A stretch of DNA of 64,000 bases from Oscillospiraceae bacterium. Lineage in GTDB: Bacteria > Bacillota > Clostridia > Oscillospirales > CAG-272. The DNA is taken from assembly GCA_015063805.1 (NCBI GenBank), contig SVTK01000015.1:12188-76187 (forward strand), read 5' to 3'. The translations under genes were made by a program, and so were the position numbers. Of the stretch, positions 10,050 through 19,352 are shown in pieces (the stretch's first letter is position 1; every line of letters starts with the position of its first letter). The notes under the pieces are model-generated. The model was given only the letters and a program-made list of their open reading frames with translations, did no database searches and had not been told where the DNA came from.

Positions 10050-10451
10050 ATGAATACTCACCCTATGAAAGCACTTTTGAATGCGGCCTGCCGTATTTAT
10101 GCCGTCTGCACGATTTTGCTCTGCCTGATCATTCTCCTGTTTGCCAAGGATGAACTTGTGGTGGCCCCCCTGCCCTTTATTCTGCTCTTCCCCTTTGCCT
10201 TCTGCCTTGCCTGGGCCAACAGCATCCTGTGGGGCGAGCAATTCTCCGGGGGGATCCGTTTTCTCCTCCATTTTCTCTTGGTTACAGCCGGGGTCGTATT
10301 CTTCCTTTTGCTGCCTGCTGGCACATTTGCGTCGGGGCGGTCGGCCTTGGTTATGGTGTCCATTTATTTGCTTCTCTACGGCATCCTCATGGCGGTGATC
10401 GCTTTGGTCCGCCGGATGATTCAGCGCAGCAAAGAAGCCAAGGAAATCTGA
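10050..10451 (+). CDS. small 4-TM membrane protein, unknown function
   Basis: four hydrophobic segments, basic C-tail, AGAGG RBS. Confidence 0.75.
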   Translation: MNTHPMKALLNAACRIYAVCTILLCLIILLFAKDELVVAPLPFILLFPFAFCLAWANSILWGEQFSGGIRFLLHFLLVTAGVVFFLLLPAGTFASGRSALVMVSIYLLLYGILMAVIALVRRMIQRSKEAKEI

Positions 10452-10487
10452 TCTCTGCGGAAAAGAACCAAAAAAACGCAAAAACAC

Positions 10488-10516
10488 TTGATAATTTCAC
10501 CATATCGTGATATAAT
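10488..10516 (+). promoter_or_regulatory. sigmaA promoter
   Basis: TTGATA-17-TATAAT upstream of SGNH gene. Confidence 0.6.
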
Positions 10517-10594
10517 TAAACGATTAAACTTTTTCAATTACCCGCCTTCGCCGCCGCACCTCAGCGGAACGAAGCGGTATACGGAGGAATAGCA

Positions 10595-11602
10595 ATGAAG
10601 GAAAACGAATATTTCGACAATTCGCTTTTTATGAAGCTGGTATGTATTCTTGCGGCCATTGCTTTGGTTTGCGTGCTTGTTTTTGTTTTGGTTGGTGCCA
10701 TCAGCGGCGGCAGCCAGGAAAACCCAGAGGAAACCGATCCCTATGAGGAATGGACCTTTGCCCCCGATGCCAACACCAATGAACCTGTAACCACCGAAAC
10801 GCCGGTCACCACCGCCGATCCCGACACCACGACTGCTCCGGACACCACCGCTGATCCCGGCACCACCGCCGATCCCGGCACAGCCGATGCCCCCGGCACC
10901 ACGACTGCCCCTGCCACCACCGCGGCCCCCTCTGCCTTGACGCCCCTCCCTGAGAGCAGCGCGATCCTGGGCGAGACCCCCGATGCTGGCCAGGCTTATC
11001 AGGACAGCATTGTATTCCTGGGCGACTCCACCACCTACGGCATGATTCCCTATGCGGTTCTCGCGGAAGGCAAGCAGACCAAGCAGGTGTGGACCCCCTC
11101 CTCCGGCACCCTTACCCTGGATCAGGCCGTGAAGAAAAAGATCTATTTCCCCGATACCGATGCCGAGGTCACCGCCGCTGAGGCCGCCGCGGCCAAGCAG
11201 CCCGCATTTCTGATCATTACCTTGGGTGTCAACGGTGTTTCCTTCATGAATGAGGAGCAGTTTGTCACCGAATATGTCAAGCTGGTGCAGTCGATCCAGG
11301 CCGCAAGCCCCAAGACCCAGATCATTCTCCAGTCCATCTTCCCCGTGGCCTCCAACTATGACAAGCTTGACCGCATCAACAACGAGAAGATCACCCTTGC
11401 CAACACCTGGGTGCTCAAGGTTGCCGAGACCTGCGGTATTCCCTATCTGAACACTGCTTCGATACTTCACGATGAAAACGGCTGGCTCCATGCCTCCTTC
11501 CAGAACGGCGACGGAATGCACTTCAACGAGGTAGGCTTCCGTGCCGTGCTGAATTATATTCGCACCCACGCACACCCCACAGTAGGAGGAGATGAACATT
11601 GA
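10595..11602 (+). CDS. membrane-anchored SGNH/GDSL hydrolase with Thr/Pro-rich linker
   Basis: N-terminal TM; TTADP/TTAP linker; blocks FLGDSTT, LGVN, DGMH. Confidence 0.88.
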   Translation: MKENEYFDNSLFMKLVCILAAIALVCVLVFVLVGAISGGSQENPEETDPYEEWTFAPDANTNEPVTTETPVTTADPDTTTAPDTTADPGTTADPGTADAPGTTTAPATTAAPSALTPLPESSAILGETPDAGQAYQDSIVFLGDSTTYGMIPYAVLAEGKQTKQVWTPSSGTLTLDQAVKKKIYFPDTDAEVTAAEAAAAKQPAFLIITLGVNGVSFMNEEQFVTEYVKLVQSIQAASPKTQIILQSIFPVASNYDKLDRINNEKITLANTWVLKVAETCGIPYLNTASILHDENGWLHASFQNGDGMHFNEVGFRAVLNYIRTHAHPTVGGDEH

Positions 11603-12084
11603 AAAAACGCTTCTCTTCCCTGCTGCTCCTCATCCTTGCCGCCGCCCTTCTGCTTTGTGCCTGTGCCGCGCCCGCACTACGGGATGATCTCACCACGGCC
11701 CAGCTGAGCGAGACGGTGGATGCCCTGCTGGCCAATGCCAAATACCTGGACGAGGCCGACGGGGACTACCTCCGCTTCAATCTGCCCGGCACCGCCGATG
11801 CAACCAACCGCCTGGTACGCTTTTCGGTCGCCGGCCAATGCCTGGACGAATACGGCATCTTCCATGCTGCATCCCCTGAGGGGGTGGGGGCCCTGGAGAA
11901 AGCCTGCGCCGACTATCTGCAGAAGCGCAACGACGCCTGGATGAACGAATACCTGGTGGAGGAATATCCCAAGCTGCGGGATGCCGAGGTCTTCACCATG
12001 GGCAACTATGTGTTCTACCTCATTCTCTCCGAGTCCGACAAGGATCTGGTGCTGAATGCGCTGAGTGAAACCCTCAAAAAATAA
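11599..12084 (+). CDS. DUF4358-like lipoprotein
   Basis: lipobox LLCAC, DEYGIF, YLVEEYPKLRDAEV..GNYVFY; 4-nt overlap with SGNH gene. Confidence 0.75.
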   Translation: MKKRFSSLLLLILAAALLLCACAAPALRDDLTTAQLSETVDALLANAKYLDEADGDYLRFNLPGTADATNRLVRFSVAGQCLDEYGIFHAASPEGVGALEKACADYLQKRNDAWMNEYLVEEYPKLRDAEVFTMGNYVFYLILSESDKDLVLNALSETLKK

Positions 12085-12142
12085 AAATACCACCGCGGGG
12101 CGGGCAATGTGCCCGCCCCGCGATGTCTTAAAGGAGCTGTCT

Positions 12143-13213
12143 ATGTTTCCCACCACCGATCTGTGGCAGTATCTGCAGACCGTGCAGAAGCCCATTCTGC
12201 TCTACGGCATGGGCAACGGGGCTGACAAGGTCCACGCCGTCTGTGCAGAACGGCAGATCCCCATTGCCGACTGCTTTGCCAGCGATGAATTTGTCCGCGG
12301 CCAGCTTTTCCACGGCCGCCGTGTCCTGCGCTACGATGAGGCGAAGGCACAGTACGGGGAGTTCATCGTACTGCTCTCCTTCGCCACCTCGCGTTCCGAG
12401 GTACTGGAGCGTATCTTCGCCATTGCCGGGGAGCAGGAACTGTATGTCCCCGATCTGCCCGCCTGCGGCGACACGCTTTTCGATGCGGAATTTGCCGGTG
12501 CACACCGGGAGGCCCTCGCCGAAAACGCAGCCCTGTTTGCGGATGACCGCTCCCGTCAGCTGTTTTGGGATATCGTGTCCGCCAAGCTGACCGGCTCCCT
12601 CTCCCTTTTGCAGAAGACGGTGTGCGATCCCGCCGAGGTTTGGGCAAACATCCTCCACCCCGCCGACTATCGGTGCACCGCCGATCTTGGGGCATATACC
12701 GGCGACACCCTCAGAGAACTGCTGACCTATGCCCCTAACCTGTGCGAGGCCTGGGCCATGGAGCCGGACCGCCGCAGCTTTGCCAAGCTCTGCGCCTGGG
12801 GAGAAAATGAACCCCGCCTGCACCTGCACGCCCATCAGCTGGGCGCCTGGCACAAGCGGGATACGCTGTTTTTCACGGATGCGGGGGGACGGGGCTCGAC
12901 CCTGACCGCAGCCGGCCGCAAGCAGGTCGAGGTGGAAGCCCTGGACGCCCTGGTGGGAGATGCTCACATCGACTACATCAAATTCGATGTAGAGGGGGCG
13001 GAGCACGAGGCACTGCGGGGAGCGGAGAAAACCATCCGCCGCTGCCGACCTGAGCTGCTGATCTCCCTCTACCACCGTGGGGAGGATCTCGTCCGCCTGC
13101 CGCCGCTGGTGGCCGGGCTTTGCCCGGGATACCGCTTCTATCTGCGGAGAATGGCGGGGGTTCCCGCCTGGGATATCAACCTTTACGCGGTTCCCGAGGA
13201 ATCGGAGGGCTGA
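12143..13213 (+). CDS. FkbM-family methyltransferase
   Basis: DLGAYTGDT, AMEPD, YIKFDVEGAE, LLISLYH; AAGGAG RBS before ATG 12143. Confidence 0.88.
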   Translation: MFPTTDLWQYLQTVQKPILLYGMGNGADKVHAVCAERQIPIADCFASDEFVRGQLFHGRRVLRYDEAKAQYGEFIVLLSFATSRSEVLERIFAIAGEQELYVPDLPACGDTLFDAEFAGAHREALAENAALFADDRSRQLFWDIVSAKLTGSLSLLQKTVCDPAEVWANILHPADYRCTADLGAYTGDTLRELLTYAPNLCEAWAMEPDRRSFAKLCAWGENEPRLHLHAHQLGAWHKRDTLFFTDAGGRGSTLTAAGRKQVEVEALDALVGDAHIDYIKFDVEGAEHEALRGAEKTIRRCRPELLISLYHRGEDLVRLPPLVAGLCPGYRFYLRRMAGVPAWDINLYAVPEESEG

Positions 13214-13890
13214 GCAGGAAGACGGAGCTCACGGTGGATCTCCTGCATTTCCACATCCACCTCTGAGATGGCCTCGGCGCAGATCTGCAGTCTGCGGCGA
13301 AGCTCCTCTGAGACATCCACATCCGCCTTGTAGCGGAGCTGATGCTCAAGGCTGGCCCAGAAGTCCATGGCAATGGTGCGCAGCTGCACCTCCACCATGA
13401 CATTCACCGGTCCTTCGGCCAGGAAAATGGGCACCTCCAGCACCAGGTGCATACTGCGGTAGCCGTTTTCCTTGGGGTTTTTGATGTAATCGCTCTTGGA
13501 AATGAGCCGCAGGTCATGCTGGGCCATGAGCAGGTCCGCCACCCGGTAAACATCGTCGATGTAGTTGCAGATTACCCGAACCCCCGCGATGTCGTAGATC
13601 CCCGTGCGCAGAGCCGACAGGGTGATGGGCAGGTTCTTCCGCTGCAGCTTTTCCAGGATACTGCGGGGGGATTTCAGGCGGGACTCAATATGGTGAATGG
13701 GATTGAACTCGTAATGGGTGCTGAACTCGTCGTCAAGGATTTCCAGCTTGGTTTTGATTTCCTTGATCCCGGCGTTGTACAGCTGCATCTGCGCTGCGTA
13801 TTCCTTCATCTCGGCAAGCAGAGCAAAATTGGCCGGCAGGGGGGCTTCCTCAGCGGGGTCTCCCCGTCGGTTATGGTTGAAGGTATACAT
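13183..13890 (-). CDS. small alarmone synthetase (RelP/RelQ-like GTP pyrophosphokinase)
   Basis: SRLKSPRSI, DIAGVRVIC, DYIKNPKENGYRSMHL, EVQLRTIAMDFWASLEH. Confidence 0.92.
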   Translation of the reverse strand: MYTFNHNRRGDPAEEAPLPANFALLAEMKEYAAQMQLYNAGIKEIKTKLEILDDEFSTHYEFNPIHHIESRLKSPRSILEKLQRKNLPITLSALRTGIYDIAGVRVICNYIDDVYRVADLLMAQHDLRLISKSDYIKNPKENGYRSMHLVLEVPIFLAEGPVNVMVEVQLRTIAMDFWASLEHQLRYKADVDVSEELRRRLQICAEAISEVDVEMQEIHRELRLPAQPSDSSGTA

Positions 13891-13987
13891 TCGTACATCC
13901 TTTCTTTTTTGACGGTAAACACAGTATAACACACGTTTATAAACTGCGTTTGAACAAATCACAAGCAAACCTTATCTTTTTCACAGC

Positions 13988-14021
13988 TTCGCCCCGACCG
14001 TTTCGATCGGGGCGACTTTTT
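13988..14021. terminator. intrinsic terminator-like hairpin
   Basis: TCGCCCCGAcCG/CGaTCGGGGCGA stem followed by T tract. Confidence 0.5.
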
Positions 14022-14493
14022 ATTGGGTGGGAATATCCCGTCCGTCAAGCACCGCGCGGCAAAGCTGCTCGCCGCGATAGCAAAGCTTCAAGGAAAAGAA
14101 GGGACGCTCCTTGGCCAGCAGCCGCAGGAAAATCTTATCCCCCTGCCAAATGGGCAGCTCGGCCACGCGGGCCTTCTCTACCCAGGCAAGCTCGCCTTCG
14201 CTGCAGAGGGTCTGCACCCCCGTCCAGGCCGTTGCGGTGAAAAGGTGCATATACTCGGTTCCCCACTCGTCCGAAACGAAGGTAACAATGCCCCGGTAAC
14301 GGTAATCGGTGAGGGTGAAGCCGGTTTCTTCCCGCACTTCCCGCAGAACGCAGTCCTCGGGGCTCTCCCCCTCCTCAAATTTCCCGCCGATGCCGATCCA
14401 TTTATCCTTATTCTCGTCTACCGCCTTCTTGGTGCGGTGCAGCATCAGGTAGCGGTCATGGGCTTCCATGTAGCACAGGGTGGTCTGCTTCAT
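14020..14493 (-). CDS. NUDIX hydrolase (8-oxo-dGTP diphosphatase, MutX-like)
   Basis: Nudix box GGKFEEGESPEDCVLREVREETG. Confidence 0.92.
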   Translation of the reverse strand: MKQTTLCYMEAHDRYLMLHRTKKAVDENKDKWIGIGGKFEEGESPEDCVLREVREETGFTLTDYRYRGIVTFVSDEWGTEYMHLFTATAWTGVQTLCSEGELAWVEKARVAELPIWQGDKIFLRLLAKERPFFSLKLCYRGEQLCRAVLDGRDIPTQ

Positions 14494-16859
14494 GCCTCTC
14501 CCTCCCCCGGCTTGAGCCTTGCATAAGTGGCCATCAGCCGTTTGGTGCCTACGGTATCGAACATAACTTCATACAGGGTATCCGAGCCCATGGGGGTGGC
14601 AGACAGAATCACGCCCCGACCAAAGGTGAGGTGCACCACCGCATCTCCCGGCATAAAGGCAGCGGCAGGTGCTGCACGCTTGGGCGTACTGCCGATGGTG
14701 AGCCGGTCCTCCCGGCGCGGGGAGAAGGCGGTGCTGACCGGACGTGCGCCCATTTGGGGAACCGCGTCGATGTGAAGGATTTCTTCGGGAATCTCACTGA
14801 CGAAGCGGGAGATGGGATTGTATCGGGTGGAACCGAAGAGCAGACGCTCTCGGGTGTGCAGGATGTAAAGCCGCTCCTTGGCGCGGGTGATAGCCACATA
14901 AGCCAGGCGGCGTTCCTCCTCCAGCTCCTCGGGATCCATGGCCGACTGGTTGGTTGGGAACAGCCCCTCCTCCATGCCCGGCAGGAAGACCACGGGGAAT
15001 TCCAGGCCCTTGGCCGAGTGGATCGTCATGAGCACCACCGCATCGGCTGTTTCATCGTAGCGGTCCACGTCGGCCACAAGAGCCGTTTCCTCCAGGAATT
15101 CGGTGAGGGATGGGTTTTCGCTTCCCGTTTCATACTCCATCACCCCGGAGCGGAACTCATCGATATTCTCCAGCCGCTCGGCCTCTTCTTCTCCGCCGTC
15201 GATGAGCATCTGCCGGTAGCCGGTACGGTCAAGGGTCTGTTCCACCAGCTCGGAGAGCGGCACTCGCTCACTCAACTCGGTCAAATCGTGGATGAGGGTG
15301 ACGAAATCGCCCAGGCGGCCCACATAATTGGCCAGCTCCGGGTAGACATTGGCCCGCTCCATAACGGTGAACATACTGACGCCCTCTGCCGCGGCCAGGG
15401 CTTCCACCGTTTCCACCGCCTTGGGGCCAATCTTTCGCTTGGGCTCATTGATGATGCGCTTGAGCCGCTCTCTGTCGTTGTGGTTGTTGATGAGCTGCAG
15501 GTAAGCCACAATGTCACGGATTTCCTTGCGGTCGGTGAAGCGCACGCCCCCCAGTACACGGTAGGGGATGCCGCTCTTGGCGAATGCACGCTCAATGTTG
15601 CCCGACTGGGCGTTCATGCGGTAGAGCACCGCAAAATCCCGGTACTGCCGCTTACCCTCAGCCACCTGATTGGCCACGGTGTCGATGATAAACCGGGCCT
15701 CGGCGTTCTGGTTGTCGCACTTCTTCACCCGCAGGCGCTCGCCCTCCCCTGCCGCGGTCCAAAGGGTCTTGCCCTTTCTGCCTACGTTGTGGGCGATGAT
15801 GGCATTGGCTGCGTTGAGGATATTCCCGGTGGAGCGGTAATTCTGCTCCAGGCGGATGACAGCGGCATCCTCAAAGGCACGGTCGAATTCCAGAATATTG
15901 GCAATGGTGGCACCGCGGAATTTGTAAATACTCTGATCATCGTCTCCCACCACCATCAGGTTTCGGCTGCCGGCAGAGAGCAGAGCGGTGAGGACAAACT
16001 GGGCGTGGTTGGTATCCTGATACTCGTCCACGCAGATGTAGCGGAAGCGGCGCTGATATTCCTCCAGCACCTCGGGGAAATCCCGCAGGAGAAATACGGT
16101 CTGCATGATGATGTCGTCAAAGTCCAGAGCCCCGGCTTCTTTGAGAGCCTTTTGGTAGGCGCGGTAGATGCGTGCGGTCTGCCGCAGGGAGAAGTCATTC
16201 CCCGCGTCGGCCTCAAAGATATCGGGCGTCATCAGCTTATCCTTGGCGCGGCTGATACGGTTCATAACCCCCTTCACCGGCATGAGCTTTTCATCGATAT
16301 TCAGCTGCTTCATGCAGGCAGAGAGAAGCTTTTTCTGATCGTCGGTATCGTAAATCGTGCAGTTGTCGGGGTAGCCCAGCCGGTAACCATGCTTGCGCAG
16401 GATGCGCATACAAATGGCGTGGAAGGTACCCGCCCAGATCTCCTTGGCAATGCTCTCATCCCCAAGCGCCGCGGCCAGGCGGGCTTTGATCTCATTGGCG
16501 GCTTTATTGGTGAAGGTGATAGCCAGCACCCGCCAAGGGGGGCAGGGATCGCTGATGAATTCGGGCAGAATGTCGGTCAGCACATCGGGATCGAGTTCTT
16601 TCGCCCCCTCCAGACGAACCACGTCCGCCTCGGTGAGGCCATAAGGGACCCGCTTATCGTGATAGGCATTGCCGTAACGGATGATATAGGCGATCCGCTT
16701 GACCAGCACCGTGGTCTTGCCGCTTCCGGCGCCTGCCAGAATCAAAAGCGGACCGTTGACATGATAAACAGCGCGGCGCTGTTCGGCATTCAACGAAGAA
16801 AAAGCGCGGTCAAACAAGTCGCGCTTGGCTTGAAGATAACGTGCAGATAACTGATCCAA
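14490..16859 (-). CDS. pcrA: ATP-dependent DNA helicase PcrA/UvrD
   Basis: LAGAGSGKT, AITFTNKAA, VDEYQDTN, VGDDDQSIY, LEQNYRST, MTIHSAKGLEF, EERRLAYVAITRA; TTG start at 16859 after GGGGG RBS; TTGCGA-17-TATAAT promoter at 16936-16908. Confidence 0.96.
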   Translation of the reverse strand: MDQLSARYLQAKRDLFDRAFSSLNAEQRRAVYHVNGPLLILAGAGSGKTTVLVKRIAYIIRYGNAYHDKRVPYGLTEADVVRLEGAKELDPDVLTDILPEFISDPCPPWRVLAITFTNKAANEIKARLAAALGDESIAKEIWAGTFHAICMRILRKHGYRLGYPDNCTIYDTDDQKKLLSACMKQLNIDEKLMPVKGVMNRISRAKDKLMTPDIFEADAGNDFSLRQTARIYRAYQKALKEAGALDFDDIIMQTVFLLRDFPEVLEEYQRRFRYICVDEYQDTNHAQFVLTALLSAGSRNLMVVGDDDQSIYKFRGATIANILEFDRAFEDAAVIRLEQNYRSTGNILNAANAIIAHNVGRKGKTLWTAAGEGERLRVKKCDNQNAEARFIIDTVANQVAEGKRQYRDFAVLYRMNAQSGNIERAFAKSGIPYRVLGGVRFTDRKEIRDIVAYLQLINNHNDRERLKRIINEPKRKIGPKAVETVEALAAAEGVSMFTVMERANVYPELANYVGRLGDFVTLIHDLTELSERVPLSELVEQTLDRTGYRQMLIDGGEEEAERLENIDEFRSGVMEYETGSENPSLTEFLEETALVADVDRYDETADAVVLMTIHSAKGLEFPVVFLPGMEEGLFPTNQSAMDPEELEEERRLAYVAITRAKERLYILHTRERLLFGSTRYNPISRFVSEIPEEILHIDAVPQMGARPVSTAFSPRREDRLTIGSTPKRAAPAAAFMPGDAVVHLTFGRGVILSATPMGSDTLYEVMFDTVGTKRLMATYARLKPGEGEA

Positions 16860-17110
16860 AAGTAGTAACCCCCGATATCGGTTGTTTCCGCGAATACGGT
16901 TATCATTATTATACCGCAAACGATGACTTTTCGCAAGGGGGAAAGTGTCGATTTTTCATTCCTGCGCCTTCACGGAAGGAAAATGTGCTTTCCTCTTGTC
17001 TTTTGTGTTGATATAGGCTTATCCGTCAAATCCTTCGTCGATTTGATGGAAATCAATGAATTAAGCATCGCTTAAAATGAACCACAGGGCAATTATAGAG
17101 CAAAACAACA

Positions 17111-17136
17111 GGAGCAGAGGTCAAAGCCCCTGCTCC
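17111..17136 (-). terminator. terminator of inserted lipoprotein gene
   Basis: GGAGCAGAGG-tcaaag-CCCCTGCTCC hairpin, U-rich tail on minus strand. Confidence 0.65.
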
Positions 17137-17168
17137 TTAACTGCTCGAACAAGTTGGAATTGGCTGAT

Positions 17169-17954
17169 TTAATCTGCCGTGGATAATCCTGTTTTGTCTG
17201 TCTTATCAACAGAAAATACGACTGCAAGGTGGGGAATGTCTGTCCTTCTTACTGCCGATGGATTGCAGACCACTCGAATGTAGTCACCCTCACCCAAAGA
17301 AGGTACTTTATCAGATACAGAAATTGTGTAGTTACCTCCAACCTCAAGGTTAGTATTTCCTGCGTCTGTAATCTCTATGGTAATGTATTCTGTGTCGGTT
17401 GCGGTAACAAGAGCAACGATGGTTTCACCAACATTGAAGGTTAACATGAATTCGGATTCCACTGTCCATTCATCAGAATACTTATATCCTTCAGGAACTG
17501 ATAATACAGAATAATATTCTAAGTTTTCTTCTATCGGTGATCTTTCATCTGCAACAGGAGGAGTTGACGGATTCGTCACAGAGAACCAATTCCCTTCAGG
17601 ATTTAGAATGTAGCAATCATTCTCTCCGTTGATTACATAGGAAAAACCTGTCCATTCTCCTCCGGTAAAGGTAAAGTTATAACCCTCGTTACCATCATTA
17701 TCACCAGGAGTCTGTCCGTCTTTAACCTCAATGAGTTTATAGGTAAGTTTATCAAACCACTCTCTCAAAGTATCAATTTCCGTTTCTTCTATGCTCCAAC
17801 TTGTTGTCTTTCCACCGATATGATGTGTAATATCAATTTTTGTTACATTCTCACTGATCACGGCAGCAACAACTTGTTTTGAGTTCCATCCGCAACTGCA
17901 GAAAGCTGTGGTACAGACTAATGCTAACACCAATGCTATCAACTTTTTTACCAT
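17169..17954 (-). CDS. hypothetical lipoprotein
   Basis: signal peptide with FCSC lipobox, AAGGAGG RBS, TTGAAA-17-TATACT promoter at 18043-18015; AT-rich codons. Confidence 0.8.
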   Translation of the reverse strand: MVKKLIALVLALVCTTAFCSCGWNSKQVVAAVISENVTKIDITHHIGGKTTSWSIEETEIDTLREWFDKLTYKLIEVKDGQTPGDNDGNEGYNFTFTGGEWTGFSYVINGENDCYILNPEGNWFSVTNPSTPPVADERSPIEENLEYYSVLSVPEGYKYSDEWTVESEFMLTFNVGETIVALVTATDTEYITIEITDAGNTNLEVGGNYTISVSDKVPSLGEGDYIRVVCNPSAVRRTDIPHLAVVFSVDKTDKTGLSTAD

Positions 17955-18229
17955 CGTTTACCTCCTTGTTTTGAGTCAGACGCAAAATTTCTCAAAAAAA
18001 AAACATCTATACACAGTATACAGTACATTTATGAATATTTCAAGGTATAGGAACAAAGCCGTGTATGTTTTCAGCTTTATTCGCTGAAACGAGATCGCTC
18101 TTTGCTGAAACAGACGAAGTTTTTTCATCAGCACAAAAGGTAAAAAGGATAAATGTGCTTCCCTCTTGTCTTTTTTCGGAATTTATTGTATAATATTGTA
18201 GATACCCTCATGGCGAAAGGAGAAGCATC

Positions 18230-19264
18230 ATGGAATACAGCCACGCGCAGAACATCAAGCGGGAGAACATAGGCGCCGTGTTCTCTGCCATTGCCGATGC
18301 CGGAAAAACCAGCCGCGCCGCCATCTCAGCCCACACGGGGCTCAGCCTGATGACGGTGGGCAAGATTGCCGATGCCCTGGTAGGGGCAGGCGTTCTCTGC
18401 CAGGCAAAAAACGGGGAAGTCACCCCCGGACGCAAGGCACGGATGCTGACCTGTGCCCCGGAGCATGATTTGCTTCTGCTGGATCTGACCGCGAAGGATT
18501 TCCGTCTGACTGTACTGGATCTTTCCTTCAACGTATGCTACGACACCCGCCATGTCTATGACGACGGGATGCTATGTGAGGAAAATCTGCTGTTCTTTCT
18601 GAAGAATGCCGCTGCAGGGTACATCCCTTCCGGTGACACCGCCCGCTTCATTGGCATGGCTGTACTTCTCCCGGGTGTTTACGATGCCGGAAGTGACTGC
18701 ATCTGCGGCAGCCGACTCCCTGAGCTCGCCCCCCTCCGTCCCGGTGCGCTGCTGAAGGCACTCTTCCCCGCCCTCTCCCCCATCATGCTGGAGGATACCC
18801 GTGCGGCAGCCATTTCGGCCCTCTCGGAATTTCCCGAAAAGGAAGACGGCTCCTGCCTTTGGCTCTCCCTCGACCGCCCCGTCAGCGGTGCGTTGATGGT
18901 GGATGGCCGGATTCTCACCGGAAGCCGCGGCGGACACTTCGGCGAAATCACGGTTGGCACCAACTTCACCCTGGATCAGGCTCTGGTCAGTCTGCGGGAG
19001 CCGGATGAGTTGGCTGCCGCCCTGTCCGCCGCCCTGTACACCCTCATCGCCATCTTTGATCCCGTACAGATTCTGCTGGAATCCTCCGCCCCCATGATGG
19101 ACGTCTCCTTCACCGGAAGGCTCACCGCTCATTTGACACAGCGAAATGTACACCACCATCTCCCCATCCCCCCCATTTCCATCACCGCAAAGCAAATGGG
19201 CCGCGCCATGCGGGGAGCGGCTCTCCACCTCCGCAGCACATGGCTGGATGGGTTAATCGATTGA
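18230..19264 (+). CDS. ROK-family transcriptional regulator (divergent)
   Basis: N-terminal SRAAISAHTGLSLMTVGKI HTH; ROK remnants LEDTRAAAI, GHFGEI. Confidence 0.8.
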   Translation: MEYSHAQNIKRENIGAVFSAIADAGKTSRAAISAHTGLSLMTVGKIADALVGAGVLCQAKNGEVTPGRKARMLTCAPEHDLLLLDLTAKDFRLTVLDLSFNVCYDTRHVYDDGMLCEENLLFFLKNAAAGYIPSGDTARFIGMAVLLPGVYDAGSDCICGSRLPELAPLRPGALLKALFPALSPIMLEDTRAAAISALSEFPEKEDGSCLWLSLDRPVSGALMVDGRILTGSRGGHFGEITVGTNFTLDQALVSLREPDELAAALSAALYTLIAIFDPVQILLESSAPMMDVSFTGRLTAHLTQRNVHHHLPIPPISITAKQMGRAMRGAALHLRSTWLDGLID

Positions 19265-19294
19265 TTTTTCGAATGGCAATCCTGTTAGATTTGG

Positions 19295-19323
19295 TTGACA
19301 AATGTAAATTTTTGATGTATAAT
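19295..19323 (+). promoter_or_regulatory. sigmaA promoter of symporter
   Basis: TTGACA-17-TATAAT. Confidence 0.75.
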
Positions 19324-19352
19324 GGTAAAAACAGTTTTGAAAGGTTTTATTC

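Larger units (their letters stand above)
16976..18176. mobile_element. small AT-rich insertion bracketed by imperfect direct repeat
   Basis: AAATGTGCTT(T/C)CCTCTTGTCTTTT at 16981-17004 and 18151-18174; enclosed DNA is visibly AT-richer than flanks. Confidence 0.6.

Noticed and set aside
13183-13890. toxic small alarmone synthetase (toxSAS) module
   Set aside because: typical RelP/RelQ-like sequence in housekeeping context; no adjacent antitoxin-like ORF
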